Assembly (NCBI GenBank): GCA_040308005.1
Contig: JAWRIG010000024.1
Location: 1,429 to 65,428 of the forward strand
From: Anaerovoracaceae bacterium
GTDB lineage: Bacteria > Bacillota > Clostridia > Peptostreptococcales > Anaerovoracaceae
Direction: 5' to 3'
Length of the DNA stretch: 64,000 nt
The notes under the pieces were generated by a model that searched no databases, was not told where the DNA came from, and was given only the letters and a program-made list of their open reading frames with translations. Positions 1-9,467 of the stretch are shown one piece after another; positions within the stretch are counted from its first letter, which is position 1, and each line of letters begins with the position of its first letter. A program made the translations under genes and the position numbers.

Positions 1-1061
1 ATGTAAAAGGCGATTTCTATATCTTTGAGACTGACGAAAGATATCTGTATCAGATAAGCGAACAGATGCCGGGAAGCAATCTTCTGATCACCAACCTCCA
101 GAAGGACCAGGTGCAGAGGAACGGCGATCCTGACTTCATATACAGAAAGATAGCAAGAGTCGTGGATAAGCACGGCATGAGGCTCTTCCTCAACGGAGAT
201 GAGCCTAGGTCATGCTCCATGGCTGACAGGACGCCTAAGGCCGTATTTTACGGTGCGGAGCGCCACTCACAGGCGTTCAGCAAGGACAATACCTTCGTTA
301 CACTTCCGTGTCCTAAATGTCACAGCAGGATAAGGATAGACTACTTCAACAACGACGGTATGGGCGGCTTTGCCTGCGAGAAATGCGGATATACGAACAA
401 TAACGGCAGTGCTGATGAGAAGCGCGGGGCAGACTATCTCATAACAGATGTCGATTTTGCAGGAAAGAAATACTGCATCAACGGCACTGAGTTTCCGATG
501 CCTTACGATCTTCCGTACATGCTCTACAACTACGCGGCAGCAGTCGCTGTCTGCAAGGAGATGGCGGGCCTGACTGAGGAGCAGTGCGCAGAGGCTCTTA
601 AGAGTTTCGAGCTGCTCGGCGGCAGGATCGATTCGATCGATTACAAGGGCAGACATATCAACTACATGAGGTTCAAGCAGGAGAATCCTGAGACTCTCCA
701 GAACTTCATAAACATGATCGCCGAGGACAAGAAGGAAAAGGTCGTCGTTATAGGCTTCGGAACCATCAACGATTTTGACCCTCACTATATAAACTCCTTC
801 TACGCTTTCGACTGCGACTATTCGGCGCTCATCAAGTCAAACGTAAAGACTTTCATATTCGTTACAGATACAATAGCCTTCGATGCAGCCAACAGTTTCA
901 TCTACGGCGGTGTTGACCCGTCAAGAGTTGAAGTGCTGCCTACGAGTGATGAAGAAGAGATACTGCAGGCTATTCTGGACTGCGGATGCGATAATGTATA
1001 TCTCACCATCGAGCTCCACAGGTTCGAACACATGAAGGAATTCGCTCAGAAGGAGAATTAA
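1..1061 (+). CDS. murT: MurT-like Mur-ligase-family protein (homologue of the lipid II isoglutaminyl synthase ligase subunit); the 5' end lies upstream of the window
   Basis: The frame is open from nt 3 (KGDFYIFETDERYLYQISEQ precedes the first Met at 66). ITNLQKDQVQRNGDPD resembles MurT FTNFFRDQMDRFGE. The Cys4 ribbon CPKCHSRIRIDYFNNDGMGGFACEKCGY is typical of the MurT middle domain. The C-terminal part is DUF1727-like (DPHYINSFYAFDCDY). A CobQ/GatD-type gene follows 2 nt downstream. Confidence 0.8.
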   Translation, partial: VKGDFYIFETDERYLYQISEQMPGSNLLITNLQKDQVQRNGDPDFIYRKIARVVDKHGMRLFLNGDEPRSCSMADRTPKAVFYGAERHSQAFSKDNTFVTLPCPKCHSRIRIDYFNNDGMGGFACEKCGYTNNNGSADEKRGADYLITDVDFAGKKYCINGTEFPMPYDLPYMLYNYAAAVAVCKEMAGLTEEQCAEALKSFELLGGRIDSIDYKGRHINYMRFKQENPETLQNFINMIAEDKKEKVVVIGFGTINDFDPHYINSFYAFDCDYSALIKSNVKTFIFVTDTIAFDAANSFIYGGVDPSRVEVLPTSDEEEILQAILDCGCDNVYLTIELHRFEHMKEFAQKEN

Positions 1062-1063
1062 AG

Positions 1064-2059
1064 ATGGCAGAGAATAGCAAGAAAAAGAACAACGGAAACA
1101 AGACAGGCGAGCGCATGGTCTTAAAGGATACTATCGCGGATCTCAGCAAGGACGCTATCAAGCTCGGCGAGGCTCTGACTGAAGTTGAGCCTGAAGACGA
1201 AGATACGCTTGAAGAAGAGCTCTTAGGTGCTGACAGCGAATCTGAAGAAGAAGCTGCGGGCAAGACGCGCGTAATGAATATATTCAGGCCGGTCGTCAAG
1301 ATAGCATGGATGTATCCTGACACGCTCTACCTTCATGGCGAAAGAGGCAATGTAATGGCTCTTACACGCTATGCACAGGAGCTCGGGCTTGAGCCTAAGA
1401 TATACAAGATTGACCTCGGAAGCGGGGACTTCAATCCTATGAAATACGACATCCTGTTCTTCGGACCGGGCGAGATCAGCTCGTTCCCGTCTGTAATGGA
1501 GGATATCGGAACATTCAAAAGAAGCCTTGCCGAGTATGTCGCTGCGGGCAAAACGATGATCGTTACAGGTACGACAGTGGCTATGTTCGGCGAGAGGATA
1601 AGAAGGTTCGACCCTGATGCGCCTAACGGCCTCGGAGAGATCATGGACGGGCTTTGCCTCATACCGATCATCTCAGAGGAGAGAGAGTACGTTTACGGCG
1701 ATGATGAGGACGTAAGGGCGGAATACGGCGGTTATTCAATGGAGCTCGTCGGAAGCCAGATACATATGGCTGACTATGAATTCCTTGAGAACTCCAGCTT
1801 TACAAGATTCGGCTCTGTGATCTACGGACGCGGCAACAACGGCCATGACGGCATGGAGGGCGTTCTCTATAACAACGCCATCTTCACCAACATGCTCGGA
1901 CCGCTCCTTGTCAACAATCCGTGGCTGACAGTCAGGATCCTCAGGACTGTCGCTGACCGCAAGGGCTATAAAATACAGGCACCTGAACCTAATTACACAA
2001 TGGAGATAAGGTCGCTTGAACTCAAGAAAGAGTTCATAGACGCCAAGGCAGGCGAATGA
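1064..2059 (+). CDS. gatD: GatD/CobQ-type glutamine-amidotransferase-like protein, partner of MurT, with an acidic N-terminal extension of about 85 aa
   Basis: Strong RBS AAGGAGA 6-7 nt upstream of the ATG, which lies 2 nt after the murT stop. KIAWMYPDTLYLHGERGN, GRGNNGHDGMEGVLYNN and MLGPLLVNNPW align with GatD motifs (GYGNN..EG..Y.N, LHGP). The catalytic Cys and His positions appear substituted (see findings). Confidence 0.7.
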   Translation: MAENSKKKNNGNKTGERMVLKDTIADLSKDAIKLGEALTEVEPEDEDTLEEELLGADSESEEEAAGKTRVMNIFRPVVKIAWMYPDTLYLHGERGNVMALTRYAQELGLEPKIYKIDLGSGDFNPMKYDILFFGPGEISSFPSVMEDIGTFKRSLAEYVAAGKTMIVTGTTVAMFGERIRRFDPDAPNGLGEIMDGLCLIPIISEEREYVYGDDEDVRAEYGGYSMELVGSQIHMADYEFLENSSFTRFGSVIYGRGNNGHDGMEGVLYNNAIFTNMLGPLLVNNPWLTVRILRTVADRKGYKIQAPEPNYTMEIRSLELKKEFIDAKAGE

Positions 2060-2063
2060 CAGT

Positions 2064-3299
2064 ATGGATTCGAGAAAGATCGTTAAAAAAGGTCAGAAAA
2101 AGAATTACACTTTGAAGGACCGTATTTTTAATATGGTATCCGTGGGAATTGTCGATGACAAGCTCAATCAGGGATATGATATCCTCAGTACCGCACTGCT
2201 GATACTCAACCTTGTCGTGAGCTTTGCCATGACATTCGAGGATTTCTATAAAGCCCACCACGCAGTCCTGCACTGGATAGAGGCTTTTACTGTTTTCTTC
2301 TTTGCTGTGGACTATTGTCTGAGACTCTACACTTCAGACAGGCTGTACCCGAATAAACCGAAGGGCGAAGCCTGTCTCGCATACATGTTCTCGGGATACG
2401 GCATCATAGACCTGCTGTCATTCCTGCCGTACTATCTGCCGGTGTTCTTCCCGGCCGGTGCCGCAGTGTTCAGGATGTTCAGAGTCGTGAGAATTTTCAG
2501 ACTCTTCAGGATCAACGCCTACTATGACTCGCTCGGTATCATCGGCAAGGTCATTACGGGCAAGAAGACACAGCTCATGGCATCCCTGTTCATAATCATG
2601 CTGCTCATACTGGCATCCAGCCTGTGCATGTACAGCGTTGAACATGATGCGCAGCCTGATGTGTTCAAAAACGCTTTCTCCGGCATGTGGTGGGCGACAT
2701 CAACGCTTCTGACGGTCGGATACGGCGATATATACCCCATCACAACGATGGGCAAAGTGCTCGGCATCATAATAACATTCCTCGGCGTAGGCATGGTTGC
2801 CATCCCTACCGGTATCATATCCGCGGGATTCGTTGAAGAATACCAGAGAGCCAAGAGGATGTCGGATGTACAGAGAGAAGAGGCCATCCACTTCATCGAA
2901 GTTGACATGAAGCCTCGCGACAGATGGGTCGGAAAGCAGATCAAGGATCTCGGCATGCCGAAGTCATCGATCATTGCAGCCATTGTCCGCGCAGGCGAGA
3001 CGATAATCCCGAGAGGAAATATCGAGATACTGCCGGGAGACAAGCTCATCATATGCGCTGAGGCAGCAAGGGATGACTATCTTACCAACTTAAAGGAAAT
3101 CGAGCTCAAGAAGAGCCACAGCTGGAACGGGCAGAAGATCAAAGATCTCGATATGTCAAGGCAGTCATTCATAATACTCGTTGACCGTGGCAGGAAGATG
3201 CTGATCCCTGACGGCGAGCTCGTACTCCGTGCAGGAGACAGAATACTTCTATACTCCAAAGAAAACAGAAATAAGTACATCGAGGATGCAGAATTCTAA
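2064..3299 (+). CDS. Six-TM voltage-gated-type potassium channel with two C-terminal RCK_C (TrkA-C) domains
   Basis: Selectivity filter TVGYGD. S4-like segment FRMFRVVRIFRLFRI with Arg at every third residue. Two TrkA-C-like repeats (IIAAIVRAGETIIPRGNIEILPGDKLII and IILVDRGRKMLIPDGELVLRAGDRILLY). The start codon has a weak RBS, so the start is uncertain. Confidence 0.85.
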   Translation: MDSRKIVKKGQKKNYTLKDRIFNMVSVGIVDDKLNQGYDILSTALLILNLVVSFAMTFEDFYKAHHAVLHWIEAFTVFFFAVDYCLRLYTSDRLYPNKPKGEACLAYMFSGYGIIDLLSFLPYYLPVFFPAGAAVFRMFRVVRIFRLFRINAYYDSLGIIGKVITGKKTQLMASLFIIMLLILASSLCMYSVEHDAQPDVFKNAFSGMWWATSTLLTVGYGDIYPITTMGKVLGIIITFLGVGMVAIPTGIISAGFVEEYQRAKRMSDVQREEAIHFIEVDMKPRDRWVGKQIKDLGMPKSSIIAAIVRAGETIIPRGNIEILPGDKLIICAEAARDDYLTNLKEIELKKSHSWNGQKIKDLDMSRQSFIILVDRGRKMLIPDGELVLRAGDRILLYSKENRNKYIEDAEF

Positions 3300-3300
3300 A

Positions 3301-3331
3301 AAAATCGCCGGACAGACTCAGGCGATTTTTA
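3301..3331. terminator. Bidirectional intrinsic terminator between the convergent channel and trkH genes
   Basis: Stem AAAATCGCC (3301-3309) pairs with GGCGATTTT (3321-3329) around an 11-nt loop. An A-run lies on the left and a T-run on the right. Confidence 0.8.
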
Positions 3332-3378
3332 TATGCTGTTACTGTTACTTTTACTGCCTGCGGACTGCATGCGGTATA

Positions 3379-4854
3379 TTACTTATTACTGTCTGACTTC
3401 CAGAAGCTCTTGAAGAAGAGCATCAGGACAGGATATATCTCGAGCCTGCCGCAGAGCATCTCGAGCGACATTACGATTTTGGACAGAGGCGAGAAATGCG
3501 TAGCCAGCCCCGGAGCGTCGAGCTCGGCGATAGAAGTACCTGTGTTGGTCAGCATGGCCTGTGAGTAGTTGAGAGCATCGAATATGCTCTCGCTTTTATT
3601 GTCCAGAGCCAGAATAAGAGCTGAGAAGATATATATCATCATAAACAGCGAGATGAACAGGTTGGCCTGAACGAGCTGGTCAGACTTGATCGATTCACCG
3701 TTGAACTTTACAGGGCGCACTGCATGAGGGTGTACATGCCTGAAGAGTCCGAAGTTTACTGTCCTGATGCCTATCTCTATACGGGCTATCTTGATGCCGC
3801 CAGCGGTTGAAACAGCGCATCCGCCGATGAACATCTGAAGCAGGATGATAAGCTGCGCTACGAGCGGCCAGTCGTAGCAGTCTGTTACGATATATCCTGA
3901 AGTTGACAGGAATGCGACAGTCTGCATCAGCGCTTTGCCGAATGCACGGAAGATATTCTCGTGGTTCATGATAGCCAAAGCTACAGCTATCGCAATTGCT
4001 GTCAGCAGCATTCTGTCGATGTAAAACCTTACCTCGGTGCGCTTTTCTATCATCCTTGTCTTGTGTATGAATATGAGGATGAAGAAGGAAACGTTGACTG
4101 AGCCCAGGAATGCGAAGATGGTGATGATGATCTTCTGCACTAGAGGCAGCTGAGTTATTACGCCGTTATGGATGTGCTGCATACCTGCTGTGCTGATGTT
4201 GCTCAGAGCTGTCAGCACGGAAGTGAAGACAGGCATTCCGGTGAGGACGAGCAGCACAAAGTGTATGCATGTTAGGAATACGTAGATGAATATGATGTTC
4301 CTGTAGGTGTTTCTGAAAGTGACTGAGGACTTCAGAAATTCAGGGCCCGGTATCTCAACAGAAACAAGGGCATGTCCGCTGAAGCTCCAGTGCGACATGC
4401 AGCTTACGGCGATGAGGATGATGCCGACACCGCCGAGCCAGTTGAGAACAGATCTCCACAGCTGCAGCGAATACGGATATATCCTTACATCAAGGTTGCC
4501 CATACCGGTCGTTGTAAGGCTGGCCGTGGCCTCAAAGAATGAATCGATCCAGGTGAATTCGGCTCTTCCGAAGAAGTAAACGACTGTAGTGACTGCAATT
4601 ACAGCAAGCCAGCTGACTATTGTCGTGAGGTAGTTCATCCTCGGACGCACGTTGTCAGCATCGGTATCGAAGAATATCCGGATAACGATGCCGGCGATGA
4701 TGCATGCAGAAGATGCGACAGCGAGCGGCACCATAGCGGTATCCTCGTTGTAATAGAGCGCAACAAAGACGCTCGGAAGTGCGGATATGCCGTACACTGT
4801 GAGAACCATCGAGAAGATATTAAGGAAGAATTTCTTGTTGTTATTCAGCCTCAT
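3379..4854 (-). CDS. trkH: TrkH-family potassium uptake membrane protein (copy 2)
   Basis: 491-aa polytopic membrane protein with the repeated pore-loop signatures typical of TrkH/KtrB (TTTGMGN, STSGY, STAGG, TNTGTS). Its ATG overlaps the upstream trkH stop (ATGA at 4851-4854). Confidence 0.9.
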   Translation of the reverse strand: MRLNNNKKFFLNIFSMVLTVYGISALPSVFVALYYNEDTAMVPLAVASSACIIAGIVIRIFFDTDADNVRPRMNYLTTIVSWLAVIAVTTVVYFFGRAEFTWIDSFFEATASLTTTGMGNLDVRIYPYSLQLWRSVLNWLGGVGIILIAVSCMSHWSFSGHALVSVEIPGPEFLKSSVTFRNTYRNIIFIYVFLTCIHFVLLVLTGMPVFTSVLTALSNISTAGMQHIHNGVITQLPLVQKIIITIFAFLGSVNVSFFILIFIHKTRMIEKRTEVRFYIDRMLLTAIAIAVALAIMNHENIFRAFGKALMQTVAFLSTSGYIVTDCYDWPLVAQLIILLQMFIGGCAVSTAGGIKIARIEIGIRTVNFGLFRHVHPHAVRPVKFNGESIKSDQLVQANLFISLFMMIYIFSALILALDNKSESIFDALNYSQAMLTNTGTSIAELDAPGLATHFSPLSKIVMSLEMLCGRLEIYPVLMLFFKSFWKSDSNK

Positions 4855-6317
4855 GCTTTGTCAGGCCTCCAGAAATACCTGGTGAAAATAATCATGAATG
4901 TTGACAGCTCAAGCCTTCCTGCGAGCATTACGAAGGAGAGGACAAGCTTGCCGAATCCCGAATAGAAGTGGAAGTTGCACTCAGGGCCTACCATGTCAAG
5001 TCCCGGTCCTACATTGCTGAGGCATGACAGCGTAGCAGTGAAGTAGGATACGAGGTTGCCTTCGCCTGTTACGGATATCAGGAATGTAGACACTATAAGG
5101 GTGATTATATAAGTAGACATGAATGTCATTATGTATGTCAGCGTCTCAGGCATCATCTTCCTGCCGTTGTAGCGTATATCATCTACGATGCTGACATGCA
5201 GGATCCTCTTGATTTCGAACTTTATCATCCTGAAGAATATCAGAACGCGGACCACCTTGATTCCGCCCGAAGTAGATGAGCTGCTTGCTCCTGACAGCAT
5301 CAGGAGGACGAGTATCATCTGGGCAAAAGCAGGCCACTTTATGAAGTTCGCTGTAGCGAATCCTGTTGTTGTCATTATAGTCACTACCTGGAATGCGGAA
5401 TCAGTAAGAGCTGTTCCGAAATCCCTGTAGCCGCCCTCGGTCATAAGAGATACGACAACGAGCACGGTGGAAATAAGCACGATCACGGTGTACCACTTGA
5501 ACTCATCGTCAGCTGCCGCTTTGCGTATGCCCTTATTCATAGCAATGAAAAACAGGTTGAAGTTGGTGCCGGCTATGAACATGAAGATGGTCAGCACCCA
5601 TGAGATGTAGTTGCTGTGAAAATAAGTGATTCCTTCGTTGTGCGTTGAATATCCGCCTGTAGCCATTGCTGTCATGGCGTGGCAGACTGAATCGAATATG
5701 CTCATTCCTCCGAGGAGGAGGAACACAATAAGAGCTGCTGTAAGAACTATGTAAGCTGTATACATCAGCCTTGCAGTCTCTGAAAATCTCGAAGAAACCT
5801 TGGAGGACATAGGGCCCGGTGTCTCGGCTCCGGCTATGTTCTGAGCCTTGATCCCGAAATTAGGGAGAAGGGCAACGAAGAGTACCATGATACCCATGCC
5901 GCCTAGCCACTGCGTCAGGCAGCGCCAGAAAAGAATAGACTTCGGAATGGCTTCAACGTCCTGAAGAATCGTGGAGCCTGTTGTGGAAAATCCGCTGCAG
6001 GTCTCGAAAAGAGCGTCAGCGAATGAAGGAATGCTCCCGGATATCATGAATGGAAGTGAACCTACAAGAGAAGCGATGATCCATGCTGATGTGACTATGA
6101 GATAGCTGTAGCGGATCTTGAGGCTGCTCTCCTGAAAACCGAGACTCCTGCGCCTGTGAAGGATGGCACCCGGCACGAAGCATACAGCCATCGTTATAAG
6201 AAAAGACAGCGCACAGGACATTTCGCCGTACATCAAAGCTACGAGGAGGGGCACCGCAAGGCATCCCGCCAGGAACAGCAGAAAATATCCATAGAATCCC
6301 AGAATGTTTTTTTTCAT
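4851..6317 (-). CDS. trkH: TrkH-family potassium uptake membrane protein (copy 1)
   Basis: 488-aa polytopic membrane protein with pore-loop signatures (FSTTGST, TGGYS, TTTGFA, SGGIK, SNVGPG). It lies immediately downstream of trkA. Confidence 0.9.
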   Translation of the reverse strand: MKKNILGFYGYFLLFLAGCLAVPLLVALMYGEMSCALSFLITMAVCFVPGAILHRRRSLGFQESSLKIRYSYLIVTSAWIIASLVGSLPFMISGSIPSFADALFETCSGFSTTGSTILQDVEAIPKSILFWRCLTQWLGGMGIMVLFVALLPNFGIKAQNIAGAETPGPMSSKVSSRFSETARLMYTAYIVLTAALIVFLLLGGMSIFDSVCHAMTAMATGGYSTHNEGITYFHSNYISWVLTIFMFIAGTNFNLFFIAMNKGIRKAAADDEFKWYTVIVLISTVLVVVSLMTEGGYRDFGTALTDSAFQVVTIMTTTGFATANFIKWPAFAQMILVLLMLSGASSSSTSGGIKVVRVLIFFRMIKFEIKRILHVSIVDDIRYNGRKMMPETLTYIMTFMSTYIITLIVSTFLISVTGEGNLVSYFTATLSCLSNVGPGLDMVGPECNFHFYSGFGKLVLSFVMLAGRLELSTFMIIFTRYFWRPDKA

Positions 6318-6365
6318 CTATTGCTACATGCTGCCGGAATCAGTTAATGCCGGCAGACGGTACAG

Positions 6366-7730
6366 TTATATTTTGTGCAGGAATGATGCAGGCTTGAAGA
6401 GCTTCTCAACATATCCTATGTGGGAAACAAGGCATACGATGACGACTCTGTCTCCCGGGAGCAGCTTTGTATTACCGTCAGGGATGATGGTTTCAAGTCC
6501 GCGGTGTACAGCCGCTACGATGATGTACTCAGGCAGCCTGAAATCTTTCAGCGGAATGTTGGTGCAGTTCATGCCTTTCTCTACTGAGAACTCCATCAGC
6601 TCAGCCTGACCCTGAAGCAGCACGGAAGAGATGACTCTCTTGTTGCCGCGGATGGCCCTGAGCATAGTTGATGCGGTTATATCCAGAGGATTGAGCACCA
6701 TGTCAAGGTCTAGGGTGGAGATGAGGTCATTGTAGCTCTCGTGGCTTATCTTGGATATTACGTCCTCTACACCGTGATTCTTGGCTGTAAGCGCAAGAAG
6801 GATGTTTTCCTCGTCATATCCGGTTGCTGTTACGAAGGCATCCATCTGATCGAAGTTCTCTTCTGAGAGGAGAGCGATGTCAGCTCCGTCGCCGCTAAGC
6901 ACCATAACATTGCGAAGGTGCTCTGACAGGTAGTGGCAGCGCTTTTTGTCCTTCTCGATGATCTTGACCTGCGAGCCGTACTCGGCAAGTCTGCGGGCGA
7001 GATAGTAGCCTGTCTTGCCGCCGCCGATGATCATTATCTTGCGAGCATCGGCTGATCTTAATCTGCCGTGGACTGTTTTGGCAAGAGCGAGCACTTCGCG
7101 CTTGTCACCCATGAGGTATAGAAGATCGCTCGACTTTATCTCATCATTACCATGAGGTATGAGGAGCTTTCCGCCGCGCGAGATAGCTACGACGATCATG
7201 CCCGGCATAACTGAACGGAATCCGATCAGGTTGAGGCCTACTATCTGAGGATAGTGGGATGCTTCGAACTCGATAAGCCCGATGCTCTTTGATGTATATA
7301 TACCGTTACTGAGAGTGTATTTCTCGATCAGATAGCGGTAGATCTCGGATGTAATGAGGATGTCCGGATTGACCAGCATGTCTATGTTAAGCTGATCGCA
7401 TATGAAATCCATCTGGCTCATGTGCTCAGGATCTCTGACCCTGGCTGCGACCTTAGGGCATCCGAGCGACTTGGCGAATGACGCCGCCAGAATGTTGGTG
7501 TCATCGGATGTGGTGCAGCTGAAAAGAAAATCATATGATGCTACATCGATCTGCCTGAGAAGATCGATGGTCTTGGCATCTCCTGTGACAGTCAGCACAT
7601 CATACTGCTGTGAAAGAGAGTTCAGCTTGTCTTCATTGGTGTCGACAAGAGTGATCTCGTAATCTCCGTCAAGGAGAGCTTCTGTAATTCTGATGCCGAG
7701 CTTGCCCGCTCCGAGTATTGCAACTTTCAT
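6366..7730 (-). CDS. trkA: TrkA, Trk system potassium uptake protein (two RCK_N plus two RCK_C domains)
   Basis: Two Rossmann motifs (MKVAILGAGKLG and IMIIGGGKTGYYLA), each followed by a TrkA-C-like domain. 454 aa, the classical TrkA size. Confidence 0.9.
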   Translation of the reverse strand: MKVAILGAGKLGIRITEALLDGDYEITLVDTNEDKLNSLSQQYDVLTVTGDAKTIDLLRQIDVASYDFLFSCTTSDDTNILAASFAKSLGCPKVAARVRDPEHMSQMDFICDQLNIDMLVNPDILITSEIYRYLIEKYTLSNGIYTSKSIGLIEFEASHYPQIVGLNLIGFRSVMPGMIVVAISRGGKLLIPHGNDEIKSSDLLYLMGDKREVLALAKTVHGRLRSADARKIMIIGGGKTGYYLARRLAEYGSQVKIIEKDKKRCHYLSEHLRNVMVLSGDGADIALLSEENFDQMDAFVTATGYDEENILLALTAKNHGVEDVISKISHESYNDLISTLDLDMVLNPLDITASTMLRAIRGNKRVISSVLLQGQAELMEFSVEKGMNCTNIPLKDFRLPEYIIVAAVHRGLETIIPDGNTKLLPGDRVVIVCLVSHIGYVEKLFKPASFLHKI

Positions 7731-7941
7731 GTATTTCTCCTATAATTTGCCTGGCTGATGCACTTCATGCCATATACAGGCAGCATCACAAATAATGAAC
7801 AGCGCGACAAATTCACCATTGCGCTGATGCACCCAATGATTGTAATACTATAGAAGATGATTTTCAATCAAAATCATAACTTCATCGATAATGCGTTATC
7901 TTTGCAACAATTGGCCTAAGATACGCTGGAGGGGAAAACAC

Positions 7942-8766
7942 ATGAGCATAAAAATGATCGCACTCGATCTTGACGGAACAACACTCAACAGCGCCAGAGA
8001 GGTAACAGAGCGCACTCTTGAAGCATTCAGGCGCGCGGCCGAGAAGGGCGTGCACATAGTAGTGAGCACGGGAAGACCTTTCACATCACTTCCTGATAAT
8101 GTCACATGCATTCCGTCGATAGAATATGCCATCACTTCAAACGGAGCTCATATCAACCTCGTCAGAACAGGCGAATCGGTCTACGATTCATATCTGTCAG
8201 AGGCAGCCATCCTGAGGATCGTTGAACTCTTCGAGCAGCTCGATGTCCAGCTCGAGGTATTCTTCGACGGCCAGGCATATATGGATGCTGACTTCTACGA
8301 ATACATAAAGAAATACGGCTGCGAATACAGGAGCGCAGAGTACCTCCTCTGGAGCCGCAAGCCTCTCCATAACATCGCAGAAGTCCTGCTCGAGAACAAA
8401 GACCACATCGAGAATGTAAACTTCAGCTTCAGGACGGTGGAAATGCTCGAGGAAGCAAGAGACCTTATAGAAGCGATCCCTGAAGCCAACATTACCTCGT
8501 CATTTCCTAACAACCTCGAGATCGGCGGACCTCACACCAGCAAGAGATCGGCACTTGAGCAGCTCACAAAGATGCTCGGCGTAGACCGCACCGAGCTCAT
8601 GTGCTGCGGAGATGCTCCTAACGACATCGGCATGATAGAATATGCTGGCCTCGGAGTAGCAGTAGGAAACGCATGGGGCGGAACCAAGGGCCACGCCGAC
8701 TACATCACCGCCACCAATGACGAAGACGGAGTCGCACAGGCAATAGAGAAGTTCGTGCTGCAGTAA
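7942..8766 (+). CDS. Cof-type HAD-IIB family hydrolase (sugar-phosphate phosphatase-like)
   Basis: N-terminal IALDLDGTTLN (DxDGT nucleophile motif), VSTGRP, and C-terminal GDAPNDIGMIEYAG. The start is moved to the ATG at 7942 because of the GGAGGGG RBS. The longer ORF from 7891 has no RBS. Confidence 0.85.
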   Translation: MSIKMIALDLDGTTLNSAREVTERTLEAFRRAAEKGVHIVVSTGRPFTSLPDNVTCIPSIEYAITSNGAHINLVRTGESVYDSYLSEAAILRIVELFEQLDVQLEVFFDGQAYMDADFYEYIKKYGCEYRSAEYLLWSRKPLHNIAEVLLENKDHIENVNFSFRTVEMLEEARDLIEAIPEANITSSFPNNLEIGGPHTSKRSALEQLTKMLGVDRTELMCCGDAPNDIGMIEYAGLGVAVGNAWGGTKGHADYITATNDEDGVAQAIEKFVLQ

Positions 8767-8848
8767 CCGGACGCTTAAATGCATATTCGGGAAACAACAG
8801 CAGCAACCAGACGCTCAACTCATACTTTATAAACAGAATACAGATAAC

Positions 8849-8896
8849 TGCATGGTAACCGCTTAGCGATATAAGCGACGAACCATGCAGTTTTTT
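8849..8896 (+). terminator. Intrinsic terminator downstream of the HAD hydrolase gene
   Basis: CTGCATGGT (8849-8857) pairs with ACCATGCAG (8882-8890), followed by TTTTTT. Confidence 0.7.
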
Positions 8897-9090
8897 AGTG
8901 CCTCTGTCCGGCGTTTTTCAGCGGCTTTTGGCGGTTATCCGGTAGCCAAAATTGCACTTTTTCACATGCGTTGATATTTTGTCGGAACTCGTGTCTTTTT
9001 TGTTCGACAGTTTTTTGATTCAATGCTAGGATTACGTACCTGCAGATATGTGAGTGGGAATGACAGTAAGGAAAGGACGGGAAAGCTGAG

Positions 9091-9426
9091 ATGAGAAGAT
9101 ACTGTAAGAATGTAGGGACTGCCGGCGAGGAGTTCGCGGCAAGGATCCTCGAAGACTCGGGATTCAACGTGATAGAGAAGAATTACAGGACTAAGGTCTG
9201 GGAGATAGACATCATCGCACTTAAGGACGGTGTGATGCATTTTGTAGAAGTCAAAACGCGCACCGAAGATGACTTCGGCTATCCCGCTGATGCTGTCGAT
9301 GAGGCAAAGCAGGAGACCATCAGGCGCTCGGCCGAAATATATCTTTCAAGACGCAGGACCGTCTGGCGCGCAGTCTCTCTTGATGTGGCAGAGGTGACCT
9401 TCAACCTTATAGAGGACTGCTTCTAA
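9091..9426 (+). CDS. yraN: YraN-family (UPF0102) putative endonuclease
   Basis: 111 aa. GEEFAARILEDSGFNVIEKNYR...EIDIIA...HFVEVKTR matches the conserved YraN core (G..gE..A..yL...g..il..N.r...gEiDiia......vFVEVK.R). Confidence 0.8.
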   Translation: MRRYCKNVGTAGEEFAARILEDSGFNVIEKNYRTKVWEIDIIALKDGVMHFVEVKTRTEDDFGYPADAVDEAKQETIRRSAEIYLSRRRTVWRAVSLDVAEVTFNLIEDCF

Positions 9427-9467
9427 CCGGGGCCATACAAATAAGCGTAAACAGAAAGGAGCGAGCA

